DNA of 64,000 bases, taken from the NCBI GenBank assembly GCA_012295275.1, contig CM022677.1, positions 14,694,001 to 14,758,000 on the forward strand, written 5' to 3'. This DNA is from Chrysomallon squamiferum. Taxonomy: Eukaryota; Animalia; Mollusca. Under the pieces are notes generated by a model, which worked only from the letters and a program-made list of their open reading frames with translations, did not search any database and was not told the DNA's origin. Below, one piece after another: positions 42,870 to 56,396 of this stretch (positions within the stretch are counted from its first letter, which is position 1; every line of letters starts with the position of its first letter). A program made the translations under genes and the position numbers.

Positions 42870-44115
42870 TTAAAAAATAACAACAAAACTAGACTTAGCT
42901 AGACTTAGTCTTATAAATTTATAAGACAAAGTTCTTGCTGTCGAATTTTTTTAAAAATAACAACAAAACTAGACTTAGCTTGTAAATTTATAAGACAAAG
43001 TTCTTGCAGTCGAATTACAGCTGAGTTTTAAAAATAACAACAAAACTAGACTTAGCTTGTAAATTTATAAGACAAAGTTCTTGCAGTCCAATTATAGCAG
43101 TTTTAAAAATAACAACAAAACTAGACTTACCTTGTAAATTTATAAGACAAAAGTTCTTGCAATCCAATTATAGCAGTTTTAAAAATAACAACAAAACTAG
43201 ACTTACCTTGTAAATTTATAAGTTCAAAGTTCTTTTAAAAAAATAAAAATTACAGCTGAGTTTTAAAAAAATAACAACAAAACTAGACTTACCTTGTAAA
43301 TTTATAAGACAAAGTTCTTGCAATCCAATTATAGCAGTTTTAAAAATAACAACAAAACTAGACTTACCTTGTAAATTTATAAGACAAAGTTCTTGCAGTC
43401 GAATTAATTTAAAATTATAGTAAAAATAACAACAAAACTAGACTTACCTTGTAAATTTATAAGACAAAGTTCTTGCAATCCAATTATAGCAGTTTTAAAA
43501 ATAACAACAAAACTAGACTTACCTTGTAAATTTATAAGACAAAGTTCTTGCAGTCCAATTATAGCAGTTTTAAAAATAACAACAAAACTAGACTTACCTT
43601 GTAAATTTATAAGGAGAAGTTCTTGCAATCCAATTATAGCAGTTTTAAAAATAACAACAAAACTAGACTTACCTTGTAAATTTATAAGGAGAAGTTCATG
43701 CAATCCAATTATAGCAGTTTTAAAAATAACAACAAAACTAGACTTACCTTGTAAATTTATAAGGAGAAGTTCGTGCAATCCAATTATAGCAGTTTTAAAA
43801 ATAACAACAAAACTAGACTTACCTTGTAAATTTATAAGGAGAAGTTCGTGCAATCCAATTATAGCAGTTTTAAAAATAACAACAAAACCAGACTTACCTT
43901 GTAAATTTATAAGGAAAGTTCGTGCAATCCAATTATAGCAGTTTTAAAAATAACAACAAAACTAGACTTACCTTGTAAATTTATAAGGAGAAGTTCGTGC
44001 AGTACAATTATAGCAGTTTTAAAAATAACAACAAAACCAGACTTACCTTGTAAATTTATAAGGCGAAGTTCAAAATAACAACAAAACCAGACTTACAATT
44101 ATACAATTATAGCTG
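42870..44115 (-). repeat. 75-bp exon-end/donor minisatellite, copy 2 (~16 copies)
   Basis: Same unit as 27601-29575; most units keep GTAAGT. Confidence 0.93.
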
Positions 44116-44669
44116 ACTATGTTTGATAGTTCAGGGCTACCAACAGACTGTAGTGTTCCTGTAAGTGTTGGTACAGAGTTTCACCTCGGATTGTTCTCAG
44201 ACTTGTCAGGGGGATGTGGTGAGCGTACACGCCCACTATCAGGACGTACCCCGTCACCTCCTCGATGTTCTCCAGAAAGGACAAGTCGTAGTCGTAGTCG
44301 CTGTCAAGAAAAACAATCTCCAAGTTGCCGGCCACGTATGTGCAGTTGGTGTACATTTGTTTGTAAGACTCGTAACGAAAAACTGCGTCTCCCCTAGCAA
44401 CCAGGCCCTGAGAAGTACCAGTACACACTGAAATATAAAACACAGTCATTACTATTGTTGTTCTTCTTGTTATTAATGATACAGTGACTTTAATTAATGA
44501 CATTATATGCTTTATCTTGAAATAAATCTGATATAATATTGCAACTAACAAAGTTATTATACTACCAATATTACAATATTGTATTTATCAAAGGGAGATT
44601 ACTCAAAATGTATTTTCCTGGCACATAACAGTTAACAGGAACTAGTGGTTTGATTTAGCACTTGAAAAT

Positions 44670-44726
<57 letters not shown>

Positions 44727-44878
44727 TTATATATATGTATGCATCATGCAAGTAGATGTGCTTGTGTTTGTTTTTGTATTTCTGTATATGTTTATTGACA
44801 AAAAATCTATTATACATACAAACACTTCTGTAAACAATTTAATTTTTTTTTTTATTTCTCTTTCATAGTAATAATAAT

Positions 44879-44912
<34 letters not shown>

Positions 44913-46539
44913 GTACTGGTAGTAGTAGTAGTATGTTAATAATAATAATTAAAATTTAAAAAATAAAAACCTGACGTCTAATTAACTTAAATTCCTGTCA
45001 TTCTGTAACTTGGAACACAAATCTCTAAAGAATGTCAACATTTATATTTGAATACTGCAGTAAAAAGATTTATATTCATTTGTTAAAGTCAATATTGTAA
45101 AGAAAGATTATTATTATTATTAAACTCCATACACACCAGAAAATGAACTTTAAATAACAATTTTTATTTATTTCATTTTATTACCTATTTAACTTTTATT
45201 TAATTATTATTTTATGTGTTGTTTATTTGTCTGTAATGTTTATTTTTCATTAATTTAAATTATTTCAATATCAGTTACTATGGTAAACACTGTTTTTTCT
45301 GTTGCCAACAAAACCTTGAATGTAGGAAAAAAATAAATAATAGGCCTCACTGTTATTGACCAATGAGAAATTCAAAACAGACCAATCATTTCAACTCATT
45401 TTGATTAACTGTAACTTGTCATTCACTTATTTTCTTTTATAATACCAGAAATCTGCAACATTTAAGTGTCTAACAATTACTTGATAACCCAAACAAGACC
45501 TCGCGACAATCTCATTGAATCAAATAACAATTAAAACCACCACTAATTACATTATCTGAACTGGACATTCTCGTAACTGACCATCAAAACCAAACATTAT
45601 TCTGTCACCTAAAATGGGCCTAATTGTGATTAAACCAAGAAAAAAAAAGGAGCAACCCCATGGGAAACTGCAAAATGCAGCACATCTGACCTATTTCCAG
45701 CTACTAACTCACCATTATTACTAGTAGCAAACACCTTTTAGTAAATAAAAAAATAAAACAAGAAAAAGAAAAGACGAAACAAGAGCAGGAATAAAAGGAG
45801 TAAGAAATAATAATTTAAAAAAAAATATATATATCTCTGTATCTCTCTTTCTCTCTCTCACTGTCTCTCATTCTCTGTCTCTCTCACTCTCTCTCTCTCA
45901 CTCTCTCTCATAATTATGTTATTTTATTAATATTAAATTTATTTTAAAATTCATTCAGTTTTAGTTTTTTTGTTTATTCTCAGTACATAATTGTTTTTGT
46001 TTTTATTATGAATACTTTTGTAAACTTTAAGTGAAATGAAATAAAATAAAACCTTTTTTATAAATTACTCTGTTGTTTGTTTTAACTATTTACTGTAAAC
46101 ATTAAAAATGACTAAATTTTTAAAACCATTTTTTTTTCCTCTTTTCTGTAAACAATTAATTATTATATAAAATAAAATGATTTTTGAAATTTACTATTTT
46201 CTATTAAATGAACTAAATATGGTTTTTAAAATTAGTGTGTTTGTTGTTTGTTTTTAATACTTTCAGTAAACAATTATTAAATGAAATAAAGACAATTTTA
46301 AAAACTAAAATTTACTATTTTCTGTAACAATTAATGGAAATAAAACTGATTTTAAAACAACAATGTGCTTGTTTTCTTTTCAGATAATGTATTACCAACA
46401 CAACTAACATTTATATATATCATGGGGGAGGGTATACAGAGCTGCTGAGTATGTTTGAGGGGTGGGTTAATTCTCTGGGAAAGGGAAGTGAAACAGTAGA
46501 TAAGTGCTGGTGTACTAGGACGTTTTGTTAAACAAAAAA

Positions 46540-46543
46540 TTAG

Positions 46544-46576
<33 letters not shown>

Positions 46577-46682
46577 CAAAAATTAAAGAATTTAATCTTT
46601 ATAAATTTTATTTTCCATTCCATTTTTTATTATTTATTTTTAAATTACTTTTTATTTATATATTTTTTCATTATTATTATAA

Positions 46683-46721
<39 letters not shown>

Positions 46722-47134
46722 GTTAAATATAAATATAAAATGAAAAATAAAAATAAAACTAAGGGCCCGGTTAGATATTACAATGATGCATTTGCCAGGT
46801 GAAAACGCGCGTTTTTGAACCTCCTGTCATTTTGGAAAACAAAATTCAACCTACCTTGTTCGTCCGCTAAATTCATCAGTCCAGAGGTAATCCATAGCGA
46901 AGTTAAAGACAACACTAAGGCACAGAAAAATGTCATGGCATAAATCAAGCTTCCATACAATTTTCTATTTTTTAAATTACGAAAGTTGTTAAAGTGTCCC
47001 CGGTCCGCGGGCTTTCACTAATAGTCTCGCCGGAACTTCGGAATACTTCGGGATTCTGTGCCCGTGTCGGAAACGACTTGTTCCCCTTGGGTGGGGCGCG
47101 CAGCACTTTTCACCCGTGATAAATATAATAAGAC

Positions 47135-47180
<46 letters not shown>

Positions 47181-47291
47181 TAGTCAAAAATTAAAGAATT
47201 TAATCTTTATAAATTTTATTCTCGATTCCATTTTTTATTATTTATTTTTAAATTACTTTTTTATTTATATATTTTTTCATTATTATTATAA

Positions 47292-47334
<43 letters not shown>

Positions 47335-47675
47335 CGTTAAATATAAATATAAAATGAAAAATAAAACTTAAACTAAGGGCCCGGTTAGATATTGCACAAC
47401 GCTGCATTTGCCAGGTGAAAACGCGCGTTTTTGAGTTTCCTGTCATTTTGGAAAACAAAATTCAACCTACCTTGTTCGTCCGGTAAATTCATCAGTCCAG
47501 AGGCAATCCATAGCGAAGTCAAAGACAACACTAAGGCAAAGAAAAATGTTCATGGTGTAAATCAAGCTTACATCCAACATTTTGAATTACTATAGTTGTT
47601 AAAGTGTCCCCGGTGCGCGCCCTTTCACTAATAGTCTCGCCGGAACTTCGCTGTAATTCGGGATGCTGTGGCCGT
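46540..47675. repeat. Two tandem ~600-bp units (AT-rich half plus GC-richer half)
   Basis: aaactaagggcccggttagatatt..catttgccaggtgaaaacgcgcg..aatagtctcgccggaacttcg at ~46757-47040 and ~47370-47650. Confidence 0.9.
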
Positions 47676-47707
47676 GACGTCATTATTATTATTTCAATGA
47701 ATTATAA

Positions 47708-47990
47708 CAGGGGTGCCCCTACTTTTTAAATGACCAAGTCAAAATGATCTACCAACAGTAAAAACGCAAAGCATTTATCTATTTATTTTATTTATTTATA
47801 CTAAGTATACTTATATTTACAAGATATGTTGTTGTAATTGCATAACCGCGTGAACCTGTATGGCACAATAGAAGTCTGTACATTTTTGACCGTCAACTTA
47901 CTCTGATAAAGTGCACTTGCACTTGCAGAATGGATGATACGTTTTTTTTTTTAGTGTCATGCGATCTACCCACACTGTCTATGCGAACAT
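47708..47990 (+). mobile_element. Possible hAT-type non-autonomous element, left end only
   Basis: Begins CAGGGGTGCCC with internal gatctacc motifs, as in many hAT MITEs. No matching right TIR seen. Confidence 0.35.
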
Positions 47991-47994
47991 TTGC

Positions 47995-48352
47995 AAAAGG
48001 TGAAAACCCGTGTGGCACTATGCCCGGGGGTCGGGGAAAATATTTCAACGTGTCCAAAAGGTGCGCACCGTCGGGTCCAGTGTGGCAAAGACGTTTCCAA
48101 CATTTTCAAAAGGAGCTGCACCTTTTGAAAATTTTGTGAAAAAAAACGAAAACATTTTCAAAATACGTGCATTTTTTGTGCACGTGTCGGAAAAGAGTTG
48201 TTCCCCTTGGGTGAGGCGTGCGGCACCTTTCACCCGTGTCTGACAACCCTTTCCCCAATTTTGGGTATGTGCGCCCCATTTTTGCCACGTGCGGAGAAAA
48301 AGTTAATCCACTTTCAAAAAGGTATCCCTCGCATTTTGGACGAAACTTGAAA
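47995..48352 (+). repeat. GC-richer dispersed/satellite-like repeat
   Basis: Shares ttgttccccttgggtg.ggcg.gc.gcac.tttcacccgtg with 47077-47118, and two blocks with 10376-10527 (inverted). Confidence 0.8.
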
Positions 48353-49191
48353 CATTTTTTTACTAATTTGATTACGCATGTTTAACCTCAGACATAACAC
48401 AAATTGGCTTCTCTGACAAAAGGATCTGCAAGACTGCATTGTCAGGCTGATCGCACACTTTGACGGGGAAAAGACGACTGACCCTCTGTCTTCATCGCCT
48501 CACATCTCTTCACCCCTACCCTTAATGTCGATACTATAACGGGATAGTCAAACTGGTGCCCAATACAAACATGCTTCAGCCCTCACTGGACGTCAGAATG
48601 TGTTTTAAGTAACAGTAACTCAACTGTGTTAGTTTTCACATGGAAATAGATTTTAAAAATAAACATGATTCACAGAGTATTTTCTCAGTAAACGCAGCTG
48701 ACATAATTATTTGTTATTTCTGTTCAGGTGGCGACACTGGTTCTGTGGGGTAAGTGTTACTGACATCACTACTTATATGATTGCATATGTTTTATATTTA
48801 TGTGTAATTGTTAATTTACATGTGCTAGTGTTTGTGTCTTTATGATAAGAGTTAATCTAATCGTTAAATATAAATGTCTCAGGACGTTCATATATATATG
48901 TATTTAAAAGGCTTATGATTCAATTATTATTATATACTTTCATTTATGTATAAAGGATTTTTATAGAGACTTTTATATATTGTAATTCGTTCTATTTATC
49001 AAAAGCGGCAGAAATCATCACAGGCAGATGTATCGTATTAATATTAGCATGCTAGGTGTCCATGCGCCAGATAAACACAAAGATTTCTGAGTCGCTTATT
49101 TAAAAAAAAAAATAATAATAAATGAGTCTGTGTAAAAGAGAAAAACGAATTAATCATTCCATTGTCTAATTAAAAAAAGCTCACAGGAAAA

Positions 49192-49382
49192 TCAGCAAGT
49201 TTTAACTCCACATCTAAACTGCGTTATTAATCGCTCCATGTTTGTCTGAAATGGATATCTGCCACTGAAGTCAAAAAACATTTTAGTCCCTACGAGAATT
49301 CCCAGCCAACCATCAGGTTTGTAATCTTTCTCCATCAGAAGTGGTATGACAGCGTTCTTTCGTTCAAATGAATATTCACCTT
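49192..49382 (-). CDS. TIR domain (TIR_2 type) 3' exon, ending in a stop
   Basis: AATAG acceptor, then (E)GEYSFERKNAVIPLLMEKDYKPDGWLGILVGTKMFFDFSGRYPFQTNMERLITQFRCGVKTC*. Phase 1 matches the 53264 donor. Not listed in the ORF track. Confidence 0.9.
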
Positions 49383-49611
49383 CTATTCATTGTAAATAAA
49401 TAAATATATAAAACAAAATTTAAAAAGTCATAAGTGTATCCCTAAAACCTGTTGTTGTTGTTGTTGTTGTTGTTACTCTACTACCACTATTACTATTCTA
49501 GTTCTTAAAAAATAAATAAACATTACAGTAATTACTACTGTTACTACTGCTATTATCACTATTACTATGAGCACTACTATTACTACTACTACTACTGTGA
49601 GCACTACTGCT

Positions 49612-49695
49612 ACTACAAGCTATCAGAGATCAGTAGCCTCTCAGTCAGAAGTGGTACAATATTTTTCTTCAGTGAAACTGCACATTCAGTTGCTC
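49612..49695 (-). pseudogene. Degenerate paralogous fragment of the TIR 3' exon
   Basis: Minus strand ATECAVSLKKNIVPLLTER aligns by eye with GEYSFERKNAVIPLLMEK. Shares tcagaagtggta with 49335-49346. Confidence 0.55.
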
Positions 49696-50929
49696 TTCAT
49701 TTAAAAAAAAATAATGATAATGATGATGATGATGATGATGATAATACTATTAGTACTACTAATAATACTGCTACAACTATTACTAGCAAAAGTAGTATGC
49801 ATACATACTGATTTTACTATTACCATCATTACGACAATTACTACTTATCTACTTCTGTTACTACTATTAATACTAATACTACTTCTGTTACTAGTAATAC
49901 TACTTCTAGTATTGCTTCTAATACTATAATCATCACTACCATAACTACAAGTAACTATCAGTATCACTAACACCATACTACTGTTACTCCTGATGCAGCT
50001 ACTAATACTAGTACTTCTAATTTAAATGGTGATAATGCTAAAATGGTTGAAAGAAAGAAAACTTGTTTACATAGCAACAATTATAAAAACATGTCAGTTG
50101 TGCATTATTTTAGTTAAGAAAGAAATAATTAACTGCCTTACAAACAACAGTTCATGTGTAACTTTTGAACAAAAGTGGTTAACAACACACACAATGAAGA
50201 TGACAGGATGAGTTAAAATTGAACAATTGTCTGTTAAAACATTATCGGATGGCTTTGGGATTGTCTTAATATTCTGACAATACAGTCTGCAGAGACTCTA
50301 CAGTCTTGTAAGTGTATGAATATCGTGACAACTTGAAAAAGTTGGCAATGAAGTTGCCTTTTCTTCCTTCATCTGCAGGGATATTGTATAGCTGTATGAA
50401 AACACAGAATTACATTCCATGACCTAAATGACTTTGTAAACACCAACAGAGCTGCCCACCCAGTTTTGGGAAACGATGCAGTGTACAAAGATAAAAAAGA
50501 ACACTCCAAACATATGCAATCTTTGAAAATAAAATATGCACTTGCTACTAGTTTATCTAATGGTAAAGATGTTCATAAAGAACTAGGCATTGTTTGAGAA
50601 ATTAAGGAAACGAACAAACAAAAATAAATAAATAAATAAATAAAACTAGCAAAAGTGATCAGATGACGTGTGTGTGATTCGTTGCATGTTCTCAGTGATC
50701 GCCACACATTTGCAGCACTTACAGTTGAAAACAAGTCGGGATTTTTGAAGGTTTATGTTTTAGATGTTTTAAATATGTATAAAACATGCAGAACTCATAC
50801 TGAATGTTCAATTTTCTCAAGGAAAACATCAGACACTTGTTCATGTGGACATTAAAAGAAAGGAAAATTCAAGGCCAAACATTGTTACCAGTGCATGTTT
50901 TATTGTCTAACCAGTATATGAGGGTCAGA

Positions 50930-52780
50930 GACAGAGAATGTACTATGCCCATTATTCCTGTTAAAGTTGAAATGGTATAAATGCTACATTCTTAGATCCA
51001 GGTTCAAGTGACTCGTTTCCTTATCAGATATGTAATCAGTAAAGTTGGTGCCTCTGTTAAAACGGATGAAAATTACTCTGGATACAGTGGGTGAACTGTG
51101 CACTGTGACCACATTATCTACAAATGGAAACGAGATTTTTAATCTTAACTATGAAAATGTGAGTTTTCCTAAGCTGTATTTAAAAGATAAGAGACTGTTA
51201 CTGCATTTCTTTTGATCAAAGATATTTCTTGTTGATCATATCTGTATGAAGTTGCCACAGACAGACGGCCAGAGATAGGCCTGCTGATAGGTATTTAATG
51301 TGCCAGACACAGACTGGAGCTAAAAATAGTCCACATCCTATTAAGACACATGCTGATTGGATGTTGTGGACTGTTATCCTTGGTTCCAACTACAAAGTGA
51401 ATGAAGAGCATTTACACTCTTCCATGGAAAGAATTGACATGCTTGCTGCTGACTAAACTGAACAATTGAAGCGGTTGGATGTAATGGTTCGCCAATCAGT
51501 ACACTTGATCTTCCAGAATGAACGAAAGATGATAGTAATAATAATTTGGGATGAAGAGATTACAGGTAATAATCTTGGGAATTGGCATCACTGGGTAAAA
51601 TATCTAGCAGAGACGGAGAATTTTACACAGACATCTTTGGTAATGTCATTTCCTTTGAATTACACATTTTCTTATGCTAGTTGTAAGGGATATGATGTGA
51701 TAGCTTCTCTACATTTAGTGACTGAATATGGTGGCATTCATTGTTCACTTGTCAAGACAAAAGAAACAATTGCATTTTGTTTTAAATTTTAAAAAGATCT
51801 ATTCCTTTGATGATAAGATAATTTCCTTTGAATTACACGTTTTCTTATGATGTTATAGCTTATCTACATTTAATGATTGAATCTGGTGACATTCACTGTT
51901 CACGACAAAAGTAAGAGTTGCCGTTTTAAAACGAGTGACTTTTCCAGGAATGGAACTGACAGATGCTCAAGTAGTTTCATTTGGGATAAAACCTGAAGCA
52001 TCCTTCGTGCACAGTTTTGGTTTGAGCGGCCTCTCTTTCTAAGGAAAACTACTGATTTTGTCATACAGTGAAAGAAATTTGTTACATTTATTCTAATAAT
52101 CTGAAGTGTAAATGTATCTTTGGTAAATCAGTCATCAGGAGTTATGGATAGATTTGTTAATTATTTTTCTTCATGGACGATCTCAAGAAGATAACTGGTT
52201 AGTTGATAATATTTAAAGACATCTTAAATTTTGTGCAAACAAATTTGTTACCTAAAGATTCTCATGTGTCATCATTTATACTGTCGTAACATTGTGGGTC
52301 ATGCAGAAAACCCACAATCCTGGTAAGTAAAAGACACACGCTTTGTACAGAATGTGAAGGAACACTAGTCAATCAACTTGTTTCCAAATGTGTATTTCAC
52401 AAATACAGAGTTAAATAAAAATAAAATAAAATAGCAAATCTTGCTACTGATCGACTGGTGCCTAATGAAACACCTTTCACTCGAGTGGACGTAGATTATT
52501 TGGGATCTTTTATGATAAAACAAAAATGCATTGTAATAAGAGACTTTACTGTTATATGTTTAGCTATTTATGATGTTCACGTGGAGCTTGCAATATACCT
52601 GGAAAAGAATATTCAGTGATCCTCCCCGTGAATCACCCCAGAGACATGTATGGAAAAGGATGCCATCAGTCAGAAAAATTGTATGCCTTGGCCATGAAGA
52701 TTTCCTCTGAGATTATTTTAAGCAAAGGATAATTATTTAAAAAGACGATAGATGTATTCTAGAAACAATGGTCTAAAGAA
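50930..52780 (+). mobile_element. Highly decayed BEL/Pao LTR retrotransposon internal region
   Basis: Motifs in Pao order: MPIIPVKV..ATFLDPGSSDSF (protease), EIGLLIG, ASCKGYDV..IHCSLV..KSRVA..PGMEL (RNase H region), FSSW, LLPKDSHVS, RLVPNETPFTRVDVDYLGSF..VHVELA (integrase), DVF*KQWSKE. Many stops and deletions; no RT core or LTRs identified. Confidence 0.82.
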
Positions 52781-53263
52781 AATCTTTTTCATAAACATAC
52801 ATCTGTGGCTGATGAAATCTCCAATCTACTTTAAAGAAGTATATAAAGATGAATTGATGTTGTGACCCATTAGTTACCTCTACTAATACTAATAGTACTA
52901 CTACCATTACAACCACTACAGCCAGTACTGCTACTACTACTATCACACTACTATTGTTACTGTTATCATGACACAGGTAATTTTTTAGCTTAGCTATAAA
53001 TATAGACGATGTGATGTTATATCCATCACCTCAGGCACCTCGGACAAAAAGATAACAGAAGAGAAAAAGTTGAGAAAATCTGAAGAGAGAGGGACACAGA
53101 AAGGAAACTTTTAAACAGAAAACAATGGTCTAGTTACCACTACTACCACTGAGATTACTTCTACTAATATCACTACTACTACTACGACCACCCCACTACC
53201 ATTACTACTACTACTGCTACTACTACTGTTACTATTACCAGCAGAAGCACGACTACTACTAAC

Positions 53264-53423
53264 CAGCTTGACAGTTACGACTTTCCTTGTAGCTGCGTGA
53301 CATACAGATAAGAATCACATCAGCTTTCTCAACAGCTTCTGCCACTGCCTCAAGAGTGGATCCACCCATGTTGTCCACATCCATCCACACACGGAAATTA
53401 GCTCTCTTCAGAGCCTCGTTTAC
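53264..53423 (-). CDS. TIR domain (TIR_2 type) exon
   Basis: CAG acceptor and GTTAG donor. Reads VNEALKRANFRVWMDVDNMGGSTLEAVAEAVEKADVILICMSRSYKESRNCQA, matching the invertebrate TIR_2 VWMD..M.GS.LEAMA.AVE..S..YK.S.NC..E pattern. Confidence 0.92.
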
Positions 53424-56363
53424 CTGTGAAGCAAACAATAGCACATAACTCTAATTTTAAAATAATAAATTTAACATTTTGTGTTATGCGAGCTTCCATC
53501 AATATAAAAAATATTTAAATTGAAAACTGAAATACTATAAATTTAAATATTGTATTTTAACAGGAAAACTAGATATTTTTAAATATCATTTACTATAAAG
53601 AATGGTTATATTTTATTAAAGTTAATATACAAATTAATTTAATAAAAACAATAAATAATTGAATGTGCATTCATGTCAATAAACTTGCGGATAGAAACAC
53701 ATATACACACATACATTTACGTTACATTTTCATATATGCATAATATAAATGTAACCCCATAATAAATAACATATATTTTCAAGAATATATATTGAATTTG
53801 TTTTGTTGACAGGTATGACTTTCTTTTCAATGAAACATGTCATGATTTTGGTAAAATGAAACATGTCTAATGTTAACAAAATGTCACTGAAGAGTCCTCG
53901 ATATTTTTGGATTTTACATATAGTTCTACTGTTATTTATATAAAGTCACGCTAAGCTGGAACCCCAACAACAGCAATAGTAATATAAAGAAAAGAACATG
54001 TTAATCTTTATGCGATTTCTTTACTTCTCAATATCTATAACACTTCAAACGTTAACATCATCGCTCCAGTCTGGATGTCAGTATATTTTATGACGTAGCT
54101 ATAGCTTCACACAGACAAGTACACTGGAGATGTCCACTTTTCAATCCTCTTGATTGAGAAATAGAACATGATGTTGTATTTTTGTATTTATTTTTTATTT
54201 TTGTTTACATGAAAATAAAAAGGTGGAGATGAGCGAGATATTTATTTGAGAAGCTCAATAAATAATATTAATAATAATAATAATAATAAATAAATAAATA
54301 AAGAAACATCGTATAATAAAAAAAAATTGTACGTTAGAGGTGTATATTGAAAATATTAAATGAGCTTTTGGATTAATATTTTTTAATTAACAAAGCAGGA
54401 TTATAGGATTATAGTAAGAGAATAGATTAATAATATGACATTTTATATCTTGACCACATTAGTTACATCTACTAGAATGCAGAATGGACAAGATAAATAT
54501 TTAGTTTTATAGAAGAACTATAGCTTGCACTTATTGATTAACGTCAGTTTTTTTGTTGACTATATTAGAGATTATAAAATAAAAAATAAAATATCACATT
54601 ATTATTACAGTTAAAACTAAATCTCTAAAAGTGTGAATTAAAAAAACAATATGCTGCAGGGAAATAAAGAGTTATGTACCCTTTTTTCAACAGTAGCTGA
54701 AGAGTTGTTACTTGGCTTTTATTCTACTGGAATAATTTAGAAACTGAGAAATATAGCGATCTCCATATTCATGTGTTCAATACATACTATTACCGCTACG
54801 CCTCTGTTAACAACATAAAACATATTAGATAAATAGTGATGGCGGTTCTTATTTTCATAACGTCGTATAAAATTATCTTACTTAGCTTTCCAGTTAAACA
54901 TTTTCTGATGTTATAATATCACATTTGTTTGGAAGCGTTCTCGACATTTTGGATTTTACATATAATTCTACTGTTGTTTATAAAAACACGTCAACCCGAA
55001 ATCCCAATCTACATTTCTGAATTTTCATTAATTACACCACAGTTTGTGTTTTTAATTAGTTTTCTGGTAATTAACACAAAACTTTGACGTACAGTGAAGT
55101 TTTCTAGACATAATGTTGACGCTGGAAGAGTTTACTTTCTATGAACAAATAAGATTTCAGTTTTATATGAATAAAGTGAGGTTCATTAAAAAATCTGCTG
55201 GCCAGTTTTCAAAAATCAGTGTCAAGTCATGATAAAAAGTCTTATTTGAGTATTTACTGAAACTCGAAATTTTAACGTACACTGTCGTTTTCTAGACGTA
55301 ATTTGATACGCTGGACAGAGTTTAACGTTTATATCAATAAACTGAGATTCAACCAAAAATAGCTTGAAATTTTATGAATACCAGTATTTACGTTATTTTC
55401 ACTCAGTATCAATTTATGATATAAACATCGCTGATTTTACATATAAAACGTGAATTACGTCGCGTTTTACAAAACAGAAAACTTCGCTTATCTCTGTGAA
55501 TTTTAATTTTAATGTTTGCTTTGCAAAATCAAATTCTGTGATTCAAGAAAAATGTAACTTCTCACGTGTTCAGTATTATTTTGTATTTATTATTATTTTG
55601 TTTTTGAGAACAAATTGTAACTCAGCTTAACAGAAAAATATTGTCACAATAGAGGTCTTCCCCTGTAAATCTAGTCATTAAGTTATTTATTTCTTAAATA
55701 AATAAATAAAAGATGAGATCAGTGTGTTTTTCTGTTATACTGATTATTGTGATAATTGCAAGTCTCGCGTAATATCTAGAACTGCAGAGTAATATTCTCT
55801 TATTTAGAGATTTTAAAAGAAAAGGAAACTGTGAGATCAATATGTAATTATACTGATAATTAATCCTCTAATTACTAATGTTTTCTGAAGTATATTAATA
55901 TAATATATATATCACTATCTCACTGATTAAAACTGCAATACGCCCTACAAATAAAGAAAATAACACGTTAGTTTTTAATCAGTCTCATTTTTATTCTTAT
56001 AAATATCTATAATATTAATAATAATAATAATGATAATAAAAGAAACATTAAGCTTATCAAGCAGCGCAGTTTATACGGCAAAATGTAGAATCAGCAAAAA
56101 TATTTTATATTCATTTCACAATCTTCACCTTTTACTGCAATGTTGTTGTTGTTGTTGATTTGTTTGTTTAAAAAAAAAAAAAGATAGACTCTACATCGTC
56201 TTAGTCTGTAAAACTAGTGAGGCAATCGAGACCTCGCGTGACACATTGCATCTGCTACAAATGTTTTACTATCGAAAGACAATTTTAAATAAGAACTATT
56301 CAATTAGTTGATAATATTATATAAAACCAAGCAGATATCATATGAAAAAACCTTTATTGTTAA

Positions 56364-56396
<33 letters not shown>

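Larger units (their letters stand above)
33831..44427 (-). pseudogene. EGFR: EGFR/ErbB-like receptor tyrosine kinase pseudogene, copy 2
   Basis: Exons: L1 ~44100-44427; furin-like ~41080-41179, 40196-40317, 39881-40022; TM/JM 37328-37493 (ILIISGAVTGGLCLIGCVVGGFRYLWHKK); scrambled G-loop exon ~36975-37060; VAIK 36431-36712; HRDLVAKN 35812-35875; DFG 35136-35224; ~34853-34919; 34393-34518; 33831-33928. Stops at 44117-44119 and 39966-39968. Confidence 0.93.
32445..46789. other. Duplicated block, copy 2 (~14.3 kb), starting exactly at the scaffold gap
   Basis: Collinear with 17247-32244. Confidence 0.95.

Noticed and set aside
48728-48749. 22-nt plus-strand micro-exon (TTCAG|..|GTAAGT)
   Set aside because: Good splice signals but no partner exons or recognisable product.
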